A stretch of 64,000 bases of DNA from Octopus vulgaris (lineage: Eukaryota). The notes under the pieces are model-generated. The model saw nothing but the letters and a program-made list of their open reading frames with translations. It was not told where the DNA came from and searched no databases. Of this stretch, positions 1-14,446 are shown one piece after another. The position numbers were made by a program, and so were the translations under genes. The first letter of the stretch is position 1, and each line of letters starts with the position of its first letter. Location: the NCBI GenBank assembly GCA_951406725.2, contig OX597821.1, forward strand, positions 23,994,001 through 24,058,000. Reading direction: 5' to 3'.

Positions 1-419
1 TTCTCTCTACTGCCACCTCTCACAATAAATCTATTCCAGTCATCATGGGAGCCCTTTTTCACTTTGCAAACTGCAATGTGACTCACAAAAGTTTGATTCC
101 ACAAAAACCACCCAGTTCTCTCTGTAGAATAATTGATGTTAGGAAGAGTGTCCAAGAGTGTACAACACCACAACAATTATTCTGATGTGTATGGTACAAA
201 GAATGAAGAGGGGTCTAAGGTCTGTGACCGTGGCAGGTCTTCCAACTCATTCAATGCTGTCATTATGAATAATGGTCATAATTTAAGTATAGTTACATTC
301 TTTTGCTTGTTTCAGTCATTTGACTGCAGTCACAATGGAGCACTATCTTAATGGGTTTTAGTTGAAGAAATCGACCACTAAGTTACAGGGATGTAAACAC
401 ACTAACATCAGTAACAGAG

Positions 420-1830
420 GGACCAGTAATCTGAATCGACAGTAGCTTGGTAGATAAAGCAATTAAGGATAGGGAAAGAGGGAAAGCACACAGCCCTACA
501 GGAATCACTGCTGGGATGCTTCGGATATCTGGTGGAGTGGCATATGGCCTAGTCACCCATATACTTAATCAAGTTGTCCAAAAGAGAGTCAGCCCCCTCC
601 TATTTATCATAGTCCTCCAAGCCATAACAAAGGCTGCCCTTTGGAGCTTCTCTATGCTCCAAAGCATAGAGGAGCTCCAAAGGGCAGCCAATCTTAAATA
701 ACTGAACCACTGCCTGAACTACAGAGGAAATTTCAGGTGTGGAAGCAAGGTCTGGAATCTAAGGGCCTAGAGTTAATTTAGTTAAGACTAAAGTCCTAGT
801 AAGTAGGATAACAGACAAATCTCAGATCCCTTCAGGAAGCTGGCCCTGCTCATTATGTAGGAAAGGTGTTGGTAGAAACTCAATAGGGTGCACCCAGTGC
901 AAGCTATGGACACATAAGAGGTGCAACGGTTTCACGAGAAGGTTAACAGACAAAGCAGTCTTTGTGTGTGGCAGATGTGGAGGTACATTAAACACGAGGA
1001 ATGTGCAGAAAATAAACTCCTTTAAATGTCTGGGAGGATCCTTAAAAGTAATAGATGGTTTCCATTACTTAGGTGACCAAGTTAGCAGTGGAGGAGGAAG
1101 TTCTGAGTGTGTAGTTGCAAGAATAAGAACAGGCTGGGCAAAGTTCAGAGAGCTGCTACCTTTATTTGTAACAAAGGGCTTCTCATAAGAGTGAAAGGAA
1201 ATTGTATGATACCTGTGTACATACAGCTATGTTATATGGCAGTAAAACATGGGCTATGACTACAGGGGGTATGTGAAAAGCTTGAAAGAAATGGAGCCAG
1301 CATGTTCTGCTGAAGATCAGTGTGCATGTACAACAGAGCGTAAATGGTTTAAGAGAAAAATTGGGCATAAGAGACACATCATTTGTAGTGTGCAAGAGAG
1401 AAGACTGCACTGGTATGGTCATGTGATGCGTATGGATGTAGGCAGCTGCATAAAGAAGTACCAATCTCAAATTGTGGAGGGAACTTGTGAAAGAGGTAGA
1501 TTCAAAAAGATGTGGTATGAAGTAGTGAGAAAGAATCTTCAGATGTTGGGCTTCAGAGAGATGACAAGGGACTGAGACTTCTGATAGTTTGCCATGCTTA
1601 AGAAGACACATCAAGCTAAAACTGTGGCTGTCCATACATACAGGTATGTCCTTTATGTACCTCTCTCAGCTGAGAGGCCCTCCCCTTGAGGGCTCATGGG
1701 TGTGGGTGTCACAAAGAAAGCACTTGTGCTGATACCACATAAAAGCATTCATGCCAATGCTACATAAAGGCAACCATGCCAGTGCCATGTAAAACCACTG
1801 GTATTGATACTACATAAAAGTGCCCACAGC
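420..1830 (+). mobile_element. Decayed RTE-clade LINE (RT, C-terminus and 3' UTR short tandem repeats)
   Basis: ORF pieces GKAHSPTGITAGMLRISG, SPLLFIIVLQAIT and WELLYA (YADD region disrupted), FHYLGDQVSSGGG..VVARIRTGWAKFRELLP, ERRLHWYGHVMRM. Frameshifts and stops throughout. Confidence 0.9.
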
Positions 1831-2059
1831 AGATAAATAGGCAGATAGACAAACAGACACTGTTTCTGCAGGGGTGTAAGTCAGGATCTGAACCATCCTA
1901 GCTTGTTGGTTGACTGAAGATGCCTGGATTCAAAACACCTCTGTTGAAGAATTGTAGTTAATCCAAGAAGTGTATCCTGTACACAAACACACATATATAC
2001 ACACACACACATATATTAAAAAAAACAAAAACAAAAAGCTTTGAGAATTTTACAATTAA

Positions 2060-2437
2060 CTAGCAGTATCGCCCGGTGTTGCTCGGGCTTGTAAGGGAAA
2101 TAACTATATAAGAATTTTTGAGATGTAAAGTATAATAGCCATCTCAATATGGCTAACCACAAAGGGGGGGGGTTACTGTAGCTTTTTACGTTCTGAGATT
2201 TAATAAATTTTTAGAGAGTTACTTTCCTTATATATGCCAAAAATGCATTAAAAATGGGAAAAATTGATGGTAAATTTTTTTTTAAATCGTAGACGCGCGC
2301 TAATACCCAGACGGGCTCGATATGAATCACAACTATAAGATACCCAGTTTTGATTAAACTGCACTGCAAAATGTGGGAGTAGTTAGGAATCTAAATCGTA
2401 GGAGACAGACACACAACTTGACTTTTATATATAAAGA
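2060..2437 (-). mobile_element. Non-autonomous Helitron
   Basis: Minus strand starts TC(TTTATATATAAAA) and ends with a CCCGAGCAACACCGGG hairpin plus CTAG, inserted between A and T. Closely related copies at 43752 and 45268. Confidence 0.9.
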
Positions 2438-2870
2438 TAATAGAGAGAATTTGCGTTTTTTTTCAAAATATGCTACTAGTGTAATTCGTTTTAAAAGATG
2501 ATTGCTGAAATAAAAAAGAGAAATAAATAGCATGTTTTTCTTGTGAAATTCACATGATGATGGTAGTTGGTTTCTTTCTGATGGCTGCTAAGGAAACCAA
2601 TTATGAGTACCATGTAAATTTTACAAGGAAAACATTGAACTTCCAGAACCGATATCATAAAAAGTTGATTTCATTTTTATTTATTTCAGTTACTTTCACC
2701 TTTTCTTCCAACATGACCAAATTGTCTTTCAGAAAGATTGAAACTAGTACCACATTTTGATAAAATTGTAAATGCTTACATTTATCCATGATAAAGTACC
2801 CAAAGCATTTTCTTATTTTTGTTTTTTAAAATAATTATACTCAGGTGAAATTTCTTAATATCTTCAATAT

Positions 2871-3146
2871 ATATTGTTATATTTCGGAATGGTCATTTTG
2901 CCAGTTTAGCCAATAAAAACACATGCACAATATATTTGGTGTTATTTTGCTTCAGTGTTATTTATTTTTTACATTAATCTTAATCTTATTTCGGCCAGAG
3001 TTCTTTCGTCACACTCCTGTGGCCGAAATAAGATTAAGATTAATGTAAAAAATAAATAACACTGAAGCAAAATAACACCAAATATATAGTGCGTGTGTTT
3101 TTATTGGCTAAACTGGCAAAATGACCATTCTGAAATATAACAATAT
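2871..3146. repeat. Long fold-back inverted repeat (about 127-bp arms, 22-nt loop) of a Penelope-like tail
   Basis: 2871-2997 is the reverse complement of 3020-3146 with few mismatches. The arm resembles 63490-63550. Confidence 0.9.
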
Positions 3147-3202
3147 CTGTTTCAACACACGACTTCCCATAAAAAATCTTGCACAACAAATATATAAACG
3201 TA

Positions 3203-3281
<79 letters not shown>

Positions 3282-3294
3282 ATATATATTTATA

Positions 3295-4565
3295 TTGGGT
3301 TGTCCGGAAAGTTCGTGCCGATTTATAGTAGCTTACATTTCGACTTATTTTAGAACATGGTTGAGTCCATAAAATAGGATTTGACTACACCTCCATTAAA
3401 CGTTGAGCACAATTTAAGCTATCTTTTCATGAAAGAAGGTTTATGTTTCTATAACCTGTGTTAATTCTGTAACCCTTTAAAATGGAAGATAAGAAAGTTC
3501 ATTTTCGGCACTTGATGCTTTTCTTTTTCCGTAAAGGGAAAATGCCTCACAAGCAACCAAAGAAATATGCGCAGTTTACGGTGATGTGTCTTTATCCGAA
3601 AGAACTGTACGGAAGTGGTTTGTGAAGTTCCAAGCTGGAGATTGTAGCCTTATTGATAAAGAGTGATCAGGCAGACCATCCACTATAGATGATGAGCAAA
3701 TCAAGTCATTAACTGAGAATAACCCACATTGCACAACCCGAGAATTGGCAGAAAGCCCCAACTTATCAATATCCGTCATTCATGAGCACCTGGTAAAGCT
3801 TGGGTACACAAAGTGGTACGATGTTTGGGTACCACATGAGTTGAGTGAGAAGAACCTTTTCGATCGCATTTCCATCTGTGATTCGCTTTATAAACAGGAT
3901 GAAAACATGCTTTTTTTTAAAGCAAATTGTGACAGGTGATGAGAAATGGATTATCTACTGAAATGTTCAGAGAAAGTGATACTGGAGTAAGTGACATGAG
4001 CCACCCTGCACCACCCCAAAAGCGGGTCTTCACTCTAAAAAAATCTTGCTTTGTGATGGTGGGATTGGAAAGGAATTCTGTACTATGAGCTTCTCCCAAG
4101 TAACCAGACAATTAATTCTGAGAAATACTGCACACAACTGGATAAGTTAAAAACAGCAATTCAAGAGAAACGTCCAGAATTGGCCAACAGGAAGGGTGTT
4201 GATTTCCAACATGATAATGCAAAACCACATGTTTCTTTGGGAACCAGACAAAAAATAGCTGCAGCTTGGCTGGGATGTGTTACCCCACCCTCCATATCCA
4301 CCAGATATTGCTCCTTTGGATTTCCACCTTTATTCAGATCTCTGCGGAATAGTCTTAATGGTGAAAATTTCAATTCCTTGGATAACGTAAAAAGATACCT
4401 TGATGAATTCTTTGCCATGAAACCACCTCAATTCTGGGAAAAGGGTATTTTCAAGTTAAAGGAAAGATGGAGGTTCATATTTGGTTGATTAAAAATGTAA
4501 TGGCAAGTATTTATTGACCTCTTTCTTCCCTTTAAAAATTGCCACAAACTTTCCGGACAACCCAA
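3295..4565 (+). mobile_element. Full-length mariner DNA transposon (inactive)
   Basis: TIRs TTGGGTTGTCCGGAAAGTT / AACTTTCCGGACAACCCAA, TA target duplications, length about 1.27 kb. Confidence 0.95.
3482..4488 (+). pseudogene. Mariner transposase pseudogene
   Basis: MEDKKVHFRH start; WVPHEL, VTGDEKW, FQHDNAKPH and PYPPDIAP motifs spread across frames, with stops and frameshifts. Confidence 0.93.
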
Positions 4566-4579
4566 TATTTATATACATA

Positions 4580-4616
4580 TTTTTACGTTTCGAGCCTATG
4601 CTCTTCGACAGAAAGA
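4580..4616 (-). ncRNA. Minimal hammerhead-like motif, variant core (PLE tail)
   Basis: Minus strand: CTTT-CTGTCGA-A-GAGC ATAG GCTC-GAAA-CG-TA-AAAA. A6 is replaced by U. Confidence 0.5.
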
Positions 4617-4779
4617 TACACAGAAAAAAAACAAGGAGAGAGAAAAAAGTGCATGTAGGAACTAACGATCTATCATGGCGTTCTGACTTCAGGCAGAGGT
4701 CAGAGGTCAGACGCTAGAGGGACAATAGGGGAGATAACAGGGTCAAGTGACTTCCAAAACTAAGGTGTCGCCAACACAA

Positions 4780-5370
4780 AGGTGCGTGTGTGTATAAGAG
4801 AGTATGTATGAGCGTGTGAAAGATGGCTGGTGGTCTGGACGTGTGTATGTATGTATGTGTGGGTGTGGAGATGGGTATGTGGGTGGTGTGTTGTGATGTG
4901 ATATGTGTATGTTGGTGTAAAGATGTGGGGATGGGTGTGTGGGCAGTGTGCTGCGTTGTGATGTGATGTGTAATGTTGTATGGTGTAGTGGAGTGTGGTG
5001 TGATGTTGTGGGGAGGGGGGAAAGCCCAGGTGGGGTGTGGGTTTGGCTAGAGTGGGGGTTGTGGGGAGAGTGAGAGGGGAGGGGGAGGGGAAAGAGGAGG
5101 GGGACGCGGAGAGGAGGGGAGTGGTAGAGAGAGAAGGAGAGGGGGAGAAGGAGGAGGGGAGAGGCAGAGAGGAGGAGAGTGGTAGGGAGAGGAGGAGAGG
5201 TAGGTAGAGGAGGAGGAGGTGGAGGGAGAGGAGGAGGATGGGAGCAGGGGAGGGAGACGGGAGAGAAGGGAAGAGGAGGGAAAGAGAGTAGGGGTGAAAA
5301 GATGAAGGACTGAAGAAAAGTAGAGTTGGGGGGGGGAGGTTAGATGAAAAGGGGGGGAGAGTTGAGCCCA
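4780..5370. repeat. GT-rich then polypurine (GGA/GAG) low-complexity tract
   Basis: About 300 nt of almost pure G/A on the + strand at 5060-5360, preceded by degenerate (GT)n. Confidence 0.9.
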
Positions 5371-5374
5371 AATG

Positions 5375-5615
5375 GCGTAAAAGAGCGAAGAGAGTGTGCG
5401 CCCTCTGGTATTGCGAGTAGATGGCTTCCAGAAGAGAAAAGTAGAAATTACCTCTTTTTCAGCTCTACAACAATGTCCAGCAAACTGGACTCTCCTACCT
5501 TTCACAAGAGATGACACAGGTGGTAGTTTCCCATATATTTGCATTTTGGTTGAATGGCGCTTCCATGAGAGATTTTGAGCTCTCATAAGGAGGCGAGTGT
5601 AGGTTCCATACAACA
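5375..5615 (-). mobile_element. LINE (RTE/RTE-X-like) C-terminal fragment
   Basis: [41 protein letters not shown], typical of the post-RT region of RTE-group LINEs. Confidence 0.8.
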
Positions 5616-5619
5616 TGTG

Positions 5620-5650
<31 letters not shown>

Positions 5651-5654
5651 CTAT

Positions 5655-5701
<47 letters not shown>

Positions 5702-5814
5702 TCTATATACATATACACATATATATACATATATATATGTATATATATACATATACACATATATATATACACACACACATATATATACATATATATATGT
5801 ATATATATACATAT

Positions 5815-5865
<51 letters not shown>

Positions 5866-5886
5866 ATATATATATATATATATATA

Positions 5887-5924
<38 letters not shown>

Positions 5925-6165
5925 ACAAAGTGAAGTTGTAAGGTACCAAACCTTCTTTCATATATAATTCTACTCGTGCGGTACCTTACAACGTCACTTT
6001 CTTATATGTAAACACCACACGAGTCCCGAAAATGCCACCTAAGTCACAACAAGCAGAAAACTTATTGAACCAAAGCATCCTAAAAGAATTCAATTTTTTT
6101 CTAAAAAAGTGAAACCGGTCAAGTAAATAAACATCTTTTAAAATTGTATTTTCAAACCTTCTTTC

Positions 6166-6231
<66 letters not shown>

Positions 6232-6676
6232 TTTCTTCAATTAACTTGAATCCTTAACCTGCCCTTACCATCATTCTTATAACTAAGGAAATTTTTCTTA
6301 CAGCAGTTAGTTGCGAACTTAATTTTGGTCTGTTTGGCATCCTAACATTACTATCTCATGTTCCTGAAATTCATATCAACATCTTTATCTGTATATTTAC
6401 CTTCTCTAGGATGTTACTAATTGATTTGAGAATTTTATATTATTGGAAAACCTATATGAAATTAGCTGAAGATTACTTGATATATCTGCTGTAATATTTA
6501 CAGCTTTTAATAAAATGTTATAGTATGAAACAATTGTACTAAATTACCGGATCCATTCTTGTTGCTTATTTTTTATTATAATCACCCCGCATATTTTTAT
6601 GGATAATACCATTAAAATTTCTGGTGCATCTAAATTAAGTACCATATTCATTTGAATCTAAATTGTTTGCTGAACT

Positions 6677-6714
<38 letters not shown>

Positions 6715-6717
6715 TAT

Positions 6718-7015
6718 GGAGGTGCAATGGCCCGGTGGCTAGAGCAGCGGACTCGTGGTCGTAGGATCGCAGTTCCGATTCCCAGACCGGGCGTTGTGAG
6801 TGTTTATTGAGCGAAAACACCTAAAGCTCCACGAGGCTCCAGCAGGGGGTTGTGGCGATCCCTGCTGTACTCTTTCGCCACAACTGCTCACTCTTTCTTC
6901 TGTTGGCCTGCACGCTTAGCCAGTGGGGTGGCATCATTTGAAGGCTAAAACAATGCGAAGCGCATTGTGACCAGCGATGTGTAGCAACATCTGATAGCCT
7001 GGTTGGTCACGGTGA
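6718..7015 (+). mobile_element. tRNA-derived SINE, family B
   Basis: Head GGAGGTGCAATGGCCCGGTGGCTAG..GTTCCGATTCCC (box A/B). Homologous to copies at 12634, 42338, 44585 and 60700. Confidence 0.9.
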
Positions 7016-9294
7016 TATACATATATATATATACATATATACATACATATAATAATATAAATATATACATATACACATATGTACATACCTTCATATATAT
7101 GTATATATACATGCATATATGGGTACAGGATATATAAAAAAAAACGTTGACACAATGAGAAACGAAAACATAAAATCAAAAACATAGAAACGAACTTCTT
7201 TTCAAACAACGAAAAAAAAAAAACTCGAGAAACGAGACATACAACATAAAGAATATTCCCCTTCTTCAGTTGTCCCTGTTTCATTACTCCGCGTTACGAA
7301 GGTAAGGACAAGACGCAACTTCGTTGAAACAATCCTTCCCGCAAAGCAAATTAAAGAGTGAAAGAGAGAAGGGGAAGAATAACTGGGGAGGGTTGATAGA
7401 TCGATAGTAAAAGCATGTCAAGTGATATGTAAAATTCAAAGTTACATATACACACAGACATGTTCTAAAATAAACAAGGAAGATTATGTATTTTTAGACA
7501 TGTAAGTACCGAAGTCCAGCACCATAATTGATGTCACTAATCAGCACGACTAACTATTAATTAGTGAGTCACCTTTAATGTTATTTATATATATTACATT
7601 GGTTGTTGCATGAAAGCGAACCCTCTCACCTGCAGTACTTACCTTCAATAAATATATAAATAAAAAAATATTATTTAATCCTTTATGACATAATACCTGT
7701 GATTATAAAGAATGTGGAAACGTGAAGAGAGGATCTTTGACAGATGTTATTTGCCAGGAATGTAATGTGCGATCACCCAAAGACAAAGTCAAAAAGAGAT
7801 AGAAACAGAGAGAACATCAACAATTCACTTTCATTGACGTAGTTGTTGTCAGCCCCTGATCAGTTCGAATTGAGAAGACCAAAAGGCTTTCCAAACCGTG
7901 ACACTCCTGTCTATTTTCTTACATATAGTGTATCTAGGACTATATTGTCTAATATGTCCTCATCCAACTTTATTTCTTTCTTTTCGAAGATAGTATGGTG
8001 TAATTTGCGCGAGTTTTGTTGTTGTTTCTAGCAAGACGAGCAGAGTTGCAAAGAAAATATAACAGAGAGGTTTCGGTATTCCTTTACAATAGTCAGAAAT
8101 TATCGAGTGCGCTAAAAACGTAATTTTTTCGGATTTGTATGTTTTAAGCACGACAGATTACAAAACACATTTGCAGGAAAGCAAAACATCCTTCCTACTT
8201 GATTTTTTTTTTTCAATTTTAATTTTGCTTCGAATTTTTTCTTTCTTTCTATTCTATATTTTAAACATCTCAGATTATGATATTTCAGAATTAATTGTAA
8301 CACAAATCCGTAAGAGTTTTCGAAAGAAAGTTAAAACTGAAAATTTACAGAACCCCACCCCCACCAATAATATATATTAGAGAAATGACGATATGTTAAT
8401 AAATTTATGTTTATCTGTTAAAACTTTCCATTTTCTTCTTATACATACATACATACATGTATGTACGTATGTATGTATGTGTGTATGTGTGTGTGTTTTG
8501 CAGATTTGCAACCTACGATACTTAAAACGTGCAGATCCGAAGAAATCATAGTGCACTAAATAATTTCCGACTCTATTCCACAGGGATGCCGTTATTTCTA
8601 AGGCCAGTGACTTTTGAGAGAAGGTGGGGCTAGTTGATTGCATGGACACTAGACAAAGATAATCTCAGCGGAATTTGAACTCGTAACCAGAACAAATACA
8701 CTCCAATGATTCTGCCAGTTCAAAAGTTATTAACAGTTTCAAACAATTTTTTTCCTTCGGTTTTGGTGAAATCAATCCCTCGTCTCCAGCACCAAATCTG
8801 CTGTATGTTTTTATCAACAATTCGTCCCGGAAGAAAGATAGACAAAATGCATCGTCGATGAGATTGTGAAATGACAAGCATTGAAAAGGTGTAACTAAAT
8901 AAATACCCCTCAGATAATATCAGTGGAGTGGAAGGGAAGGAGATACTAGCATGCATGGGGACACTGCGGTTCTTCCAAACTTTGTCCAGGGCCTACATAT
9001 TTGAAATGAATTTCCGTAAGCAAATGTCATAACCAGAGATACGAAGGCCTCGGATGTGTGTGTTTAATATATATATAATGACCACCGTAGTGGCTGTTCG
9101 AAATTTCATCGATAGTGCCTTAACCAAAATAGTTTGTGGAATCAGTATCGACGAAGAAACTTCAGTCCGTTGATAAATATTTTGCTTTTACACACACACA
9201 AACAGTTTGTTTTGCTGTATCGAAAACAAGAACACAAGAGTGGAATATAATGCAATATGGTAAAACACACACACATGCATATATACGCGCGCAC

Positions 9295-9344
<50 letters not shown>

Positions 9345-9487
9345 CTAAATTGCGATATAATTATTATCTACAACAAATGAAGGGCAATTTGTAGAGGATT
9401 TCATTACAAAGTATCTATTTTTTTAAAAACGTTACGAGAAAACAAAATGGGCGGTGTGGGTACACTAGTGTAGGTATGTGTGTATAC

Positions 9488-9541
<54 letters not shown>

Positions 9542-9926
9542 TTATATATAAACAGAACCCCCCCCCCCAAATGTAGACTTTAATGTAATGTGGTTACATG
9601 CATACATGTGCGTGAAACTTTTGCTATCGTACATCGACACTCATTCCTTTTCGGGTTGCTCTCAATCCCGATCTCTTCATTCACACCCTTCGTTCCCGAC
9701 CGTCCCGATGTTTAAGTCAACAGGCGTTACTGCGAAGAATGTAGTACAAACACAATCCAGATACCGAGTATTCGCTCATGCAATAATAAGCAGTAAAGAA
9801 AATTAAATAAAACAAAATAAGCTAGTAATTAGCAAGGAGAATAAGTTGAGAGAAACAGTTGTTATACAAAAAGTACTTTATAAAACTTATTTCCTTTCGT
9901 CCTGAGACCAAACCCACTGTGGACAT

Positions 9927-9960
<34 letters not shown>

Positions 9961-10645
9961 TTTTTTCTTTTTTTTTAATCCAATAGTGACTGATAAAATG
10001 TGTAACAGTAATATACTAAGGTTAAATTCAATAGACTACAATCTTTGTACGGAAAACAAAAAGAATAAAAGAGCACTCGTCTCAAGATCTTCTCAACTAG
10101 TAATTGATCTGTCCTTCGATCCCGTTTATTGATCCGCCTGTCTATCTCTGTCTCTCACTGCCTATTTCACCCTGGCTTCTTTCGCTGGGTCTATCTGTCG
10201 GTCTATCTACTATATATATTTTACACACAGACACACAAACATAACTGGCTATGTTGTATATATATATTAACCTACTTAATTTTACGCACATGTACATATT
10301 TATGAGTAAATACATGTAAATAGATATTTAGATTAACACATTGAGTTACATGGTTAATAATATTAAAAGACCAATAGACTATCAATACATAAGTCCACGT
10401 ACACAAACAACTTGTATATATATATATGAGCCAGCGTAAAAGCCTCTACTCAGTAAACTCGATCTGCTAGAAATAGCAGTCAAATTACCCTCTACTATCA
10501 TACTGTAACATTGGTAAAATTTTACCCTAACATTTTAAAGAGGATTACAATAGATAATGCAATCCTGAAACAATGTAGACAGGTTGGTCAAGGCTGGAAT
10601 GCTCTTGATCATAAGTCTACAGATTTAGCCCAGGGTTGAACATTA

Positions 10646-10867
10646 CGAGGGGTTGCTGAAAATTTCCTGGCTTAAGAGTGTCGCGAAAGGCCTAAGTTGG
10701 AGGCCCGATCTTCCGAGTCCTTTAACAGGGCTTGGAAAACTGAAGGGTCGCTGCAGTAGGTATGTGAATCTGAGAGGGGAATGTATTCAATAAAAACATA
10801 ATTAACTGATCCTATTGTATTTTCGTTTACCCAAAGCCCAGGAACTTTTCAGCACCACCACCCCTCG
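10646..10867 (+). mobile_element. Tc1/mariner-type MITE
   Basis: TIRs CGAGGGGTTGCTGAAAATTTCCTGG / CCAGGAACTTTTCAGCACC..CCCTCG flanked by TA. A second copy spans about 14136-14990. Confidence 0.85.
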
Positions 10868-11071
10868 TACATGTGTAATATCATTGTGCCGTGTGGACCC
10901 AAACTGTGTGACAAGCAGGCTTGGCGGGGAGTACATTAGAGTCTGTGGAATACCCAGCCACTTGTACGCTAATTCGACGAGTAAACCCATGCATTGATTG
11001 AAAAAGTGTAATTACTCATCGTCCATCGAAACTGACGGAGATCCATTATAGATAGATAGATAGATGCAAAT

Positions 11072-11125
<54 letters not shown>

Positions 11126-11129
11126 ATTT

Positions 11130-11171
<42 letters not shown>

Positions 11172-11245
11172 TTCGAGAAATCTTGAGCACTTCATTCTGA
11201 AGATTTCTCTGATGTTATACATGTATATATATATATATTGATTTA

Positions 11246-11279
<34 letters not shown>

Positions 11280-11929
11280 TTTATACAGACACGTATAATT
11301 ATATACATACATGATCATATGTATGCATATAAATATTGTATATGTAAATACGTAAATATTATATACACTTACCTCAACTAAAAGTTATCCTACATACATG
11401 TATAGTGGCACTGTTTCTAACTTGTAGCACACTCTAGCACGCGCACTCTTTTACTCCCCCTCTCTCTTTCACTTCATGCTCCTCCGTCACCTCTGCCTCT
11501 CACTCTCTTTCCTCACCACATCTACTCTATATTTTTAACTCACTTTTTTTCTCTCCCCCTCTCTATGTGTCTCTCTAGTTCTCTTAAGTTTGTCACTTCG
11601 TTTCCTTTTTTGTAGTTTCTGTAATTTGCTTTGCTTTGCTTTGCTTTAACTTTTCTATTAATTAACCAACATTACTGTTAACGGTTAATTAATTACAAAT
11701 GACTTCAGAAGTCAAAGCAAAAACTTCGACAAAAGTTGCTGCCGGTTTAAAAAGTAGAGCAATGTCACTTTAGCTTGGGTATGAGAATGTGAAGAAGCGA
11801 CATAATAATTACGGAGGTGTACCTTTTCATAGCAAGTGAGTTGATCTGAGATCGTGTGCCGAAACAAAAACAATTGCAGCGTGGAAGATGTCTGCAAGCA
11901 TTTTAAGAACACACACACACACACACACA

Positions 11930-11982
<53 letters not shown>

Positions 11983-12633
11983 AAAGAAAAGAAAAACCGT
12001 CGGATTCACTTCAACATTTAAATTTGATTTGTGTCAAAATATATCTTCGTCGCTTTGAAACCGCGACCTGTTCACTGACAAAAAACTTCGTGCTGCATCA
12101 TAGTAATAATAATAATAATAGCAGTGACATTCCGGGGGTGGGGTTAAAAATAGCGGGGTTTTCTTAATTTAGTCAGTATGGTGAATATCAGAGATATAGA
12201 GCGCTTCGTTTAAATGAGAACAGAGTGCGTTGGTCACAACGCTGTGCGTGCGTGTTTGTGTGTGAGTGGGCGTGGGCATGGCATGTATGTATAAATGTAT
12301 AAAGTAGGCTAGAGACCGATTAGTTTAACAGAGCGTCGCCACCAACTTCGTGTCGTGTATTGCAATGTCTTAATATAAAGTAAAGATTATTTGCCAACAT
12401 AATGTAGCAGTCCTGATTAAGACGAATGTTACTGTTAATTAACCCCAGAAAACATCGTCTCATGGCTGGCTATCGACGCACTATCTACGTCCTTATATTT
12501 TCGAACAAGGGAATTTAATGTCCTCACTCGGCTCAAAGCATATAATGTCTTTACAGTTATTTGAATGACTACACACACACACACACACACGTATATTCAC
12601 TTACATTCATGCATACACTATATGTACATAGAG

Positions 12634-13015
12634 TGGAGGCGCAATGGCCCAGTGGTTAGGGCAGCGGACTCGCGGTCATAGGATCGCGGTTTCGATTCCC
12701 AGCCCGGGCGTTGTGAGTGTTTATTGAGCGAAAACACCTAAAGCTCCACGAGGCTCCGGTAGGGAATGGTGGTGATCCCTGCTGTACTCTTTCACCACAA
12801 CTTTCTCTCACTCTTACTTCCTGTTTCTGTTGTACCTGTATTTCAAGGGGCCGGCCTTGTCACTCTCTGTGTCACGCTGAATATCCCCGAGAACTACGTT
12901 AAGGGTACACGCGTCTGTGGAGTGCTCGGCCACTTACACGTTAATTTCACGAGCAGGCTGTTCTGTTGATCGGATCAACCGGAACCCTCGTCGTCGTAAC
13001 CGACGGAGTGCTTCC
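12634..13015 (+). mobile_element. tRNA-derived SINE, family B (long 3' variant)
   Basis: Nearly identical to 44585-44963. Confidence 0.92.
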
Positions 13016-13030
13016 ATCCATATGTACATA

Positions 13031-13773
<743 letters not shown>

Positions 13774-13912
13774 TATATTCATACATATGTAATCCGTTGG
13801 TCATAACTGAATGCCGCGGTCAAAACTAATAAGAGATTTAACTCTACAATTAGTTGGGAATAAATGATGTTACCATCTTTCAAATTCCTTTAAAATTAAC
13901 ATACACTTAAAG

Positions 13913-14098
13913 TGGCGAGCTAGTAGCATGTTAGGCGACATTTCATCTAGCTTTACGTTCTGAGTTCAAATTACTGCGAGATCGACTTTGCTTCTCATCC
14001 TTTCGGGGTTGATAAAATAAATATCAGTCAAGCACGGGAGTCGATGTAATGGACTGCTCCCTCCTCCAAAATTTCAGGACTTGTGCCTATAGTAAAGA
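13913..14098 (+). mobile_element. SINE family C (diverged)
   Basis: GGCGAGCT..GAGTTCAAATT..CATCCTTTCGGGGTTGATAAAATAA central domain. Confidence 0.75.
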
Positions 14099-14193
14099 AG
14101 AAAAAAAAAAAGAAAATAACAAGCGTATACTTATACAAGGTGGTGCTGAAAAGTTGTTGGCTTAGGAGTAAAAGGAAATAATGGAGGATCAGT

Positions 14194-14398
14194 TACTCTT
14201 TTACTTGCTTCAGTCATTTGACTACGGCCATGCTGGAGCACCGCCTTTAGTCGAGCAAATCGACCCCGGGACTTATTCCTTTGTAAGCCCAGTACTTATT
14301 CTATCGGTCTCTTTTGCCGAACCGCTAAGTGACGGGGACGTAAACACACCAGCATCGGTTGTCAAGCAATGGCTAGGGGGACAAACACAGACACACAA

Positions 14399-14446
<48 letters not shown>

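Noticed and set aside
1-122. Possible minus-strand exon (RTGWFLWNQTFVSHIAVCKVKK...) after a CTACAG acceptor
   Set aside because: Short, runs off the window edge and has no recognisable homology.
1910-1950. CTGAAGA hammerhead-like starts (also 6466, 42191, 45093, 50630, 63088)
   Set aside because: GAAA or a closing stem I is missing; cannot be distinguished from chance or heavy decay.
4760-5961. 203-aa and 304-aa Pro/Ser- and Tyr/Ile-rich ORFs
   Set aside because: Low-complexity DNA; only 5375-5615 is a genuine LINE remnant.
12634-12710. tRNA gene-like sequence (also other SINE heads)
   Set aside because: No proper acceptor stem; it continues into a multi-copy SINE body.
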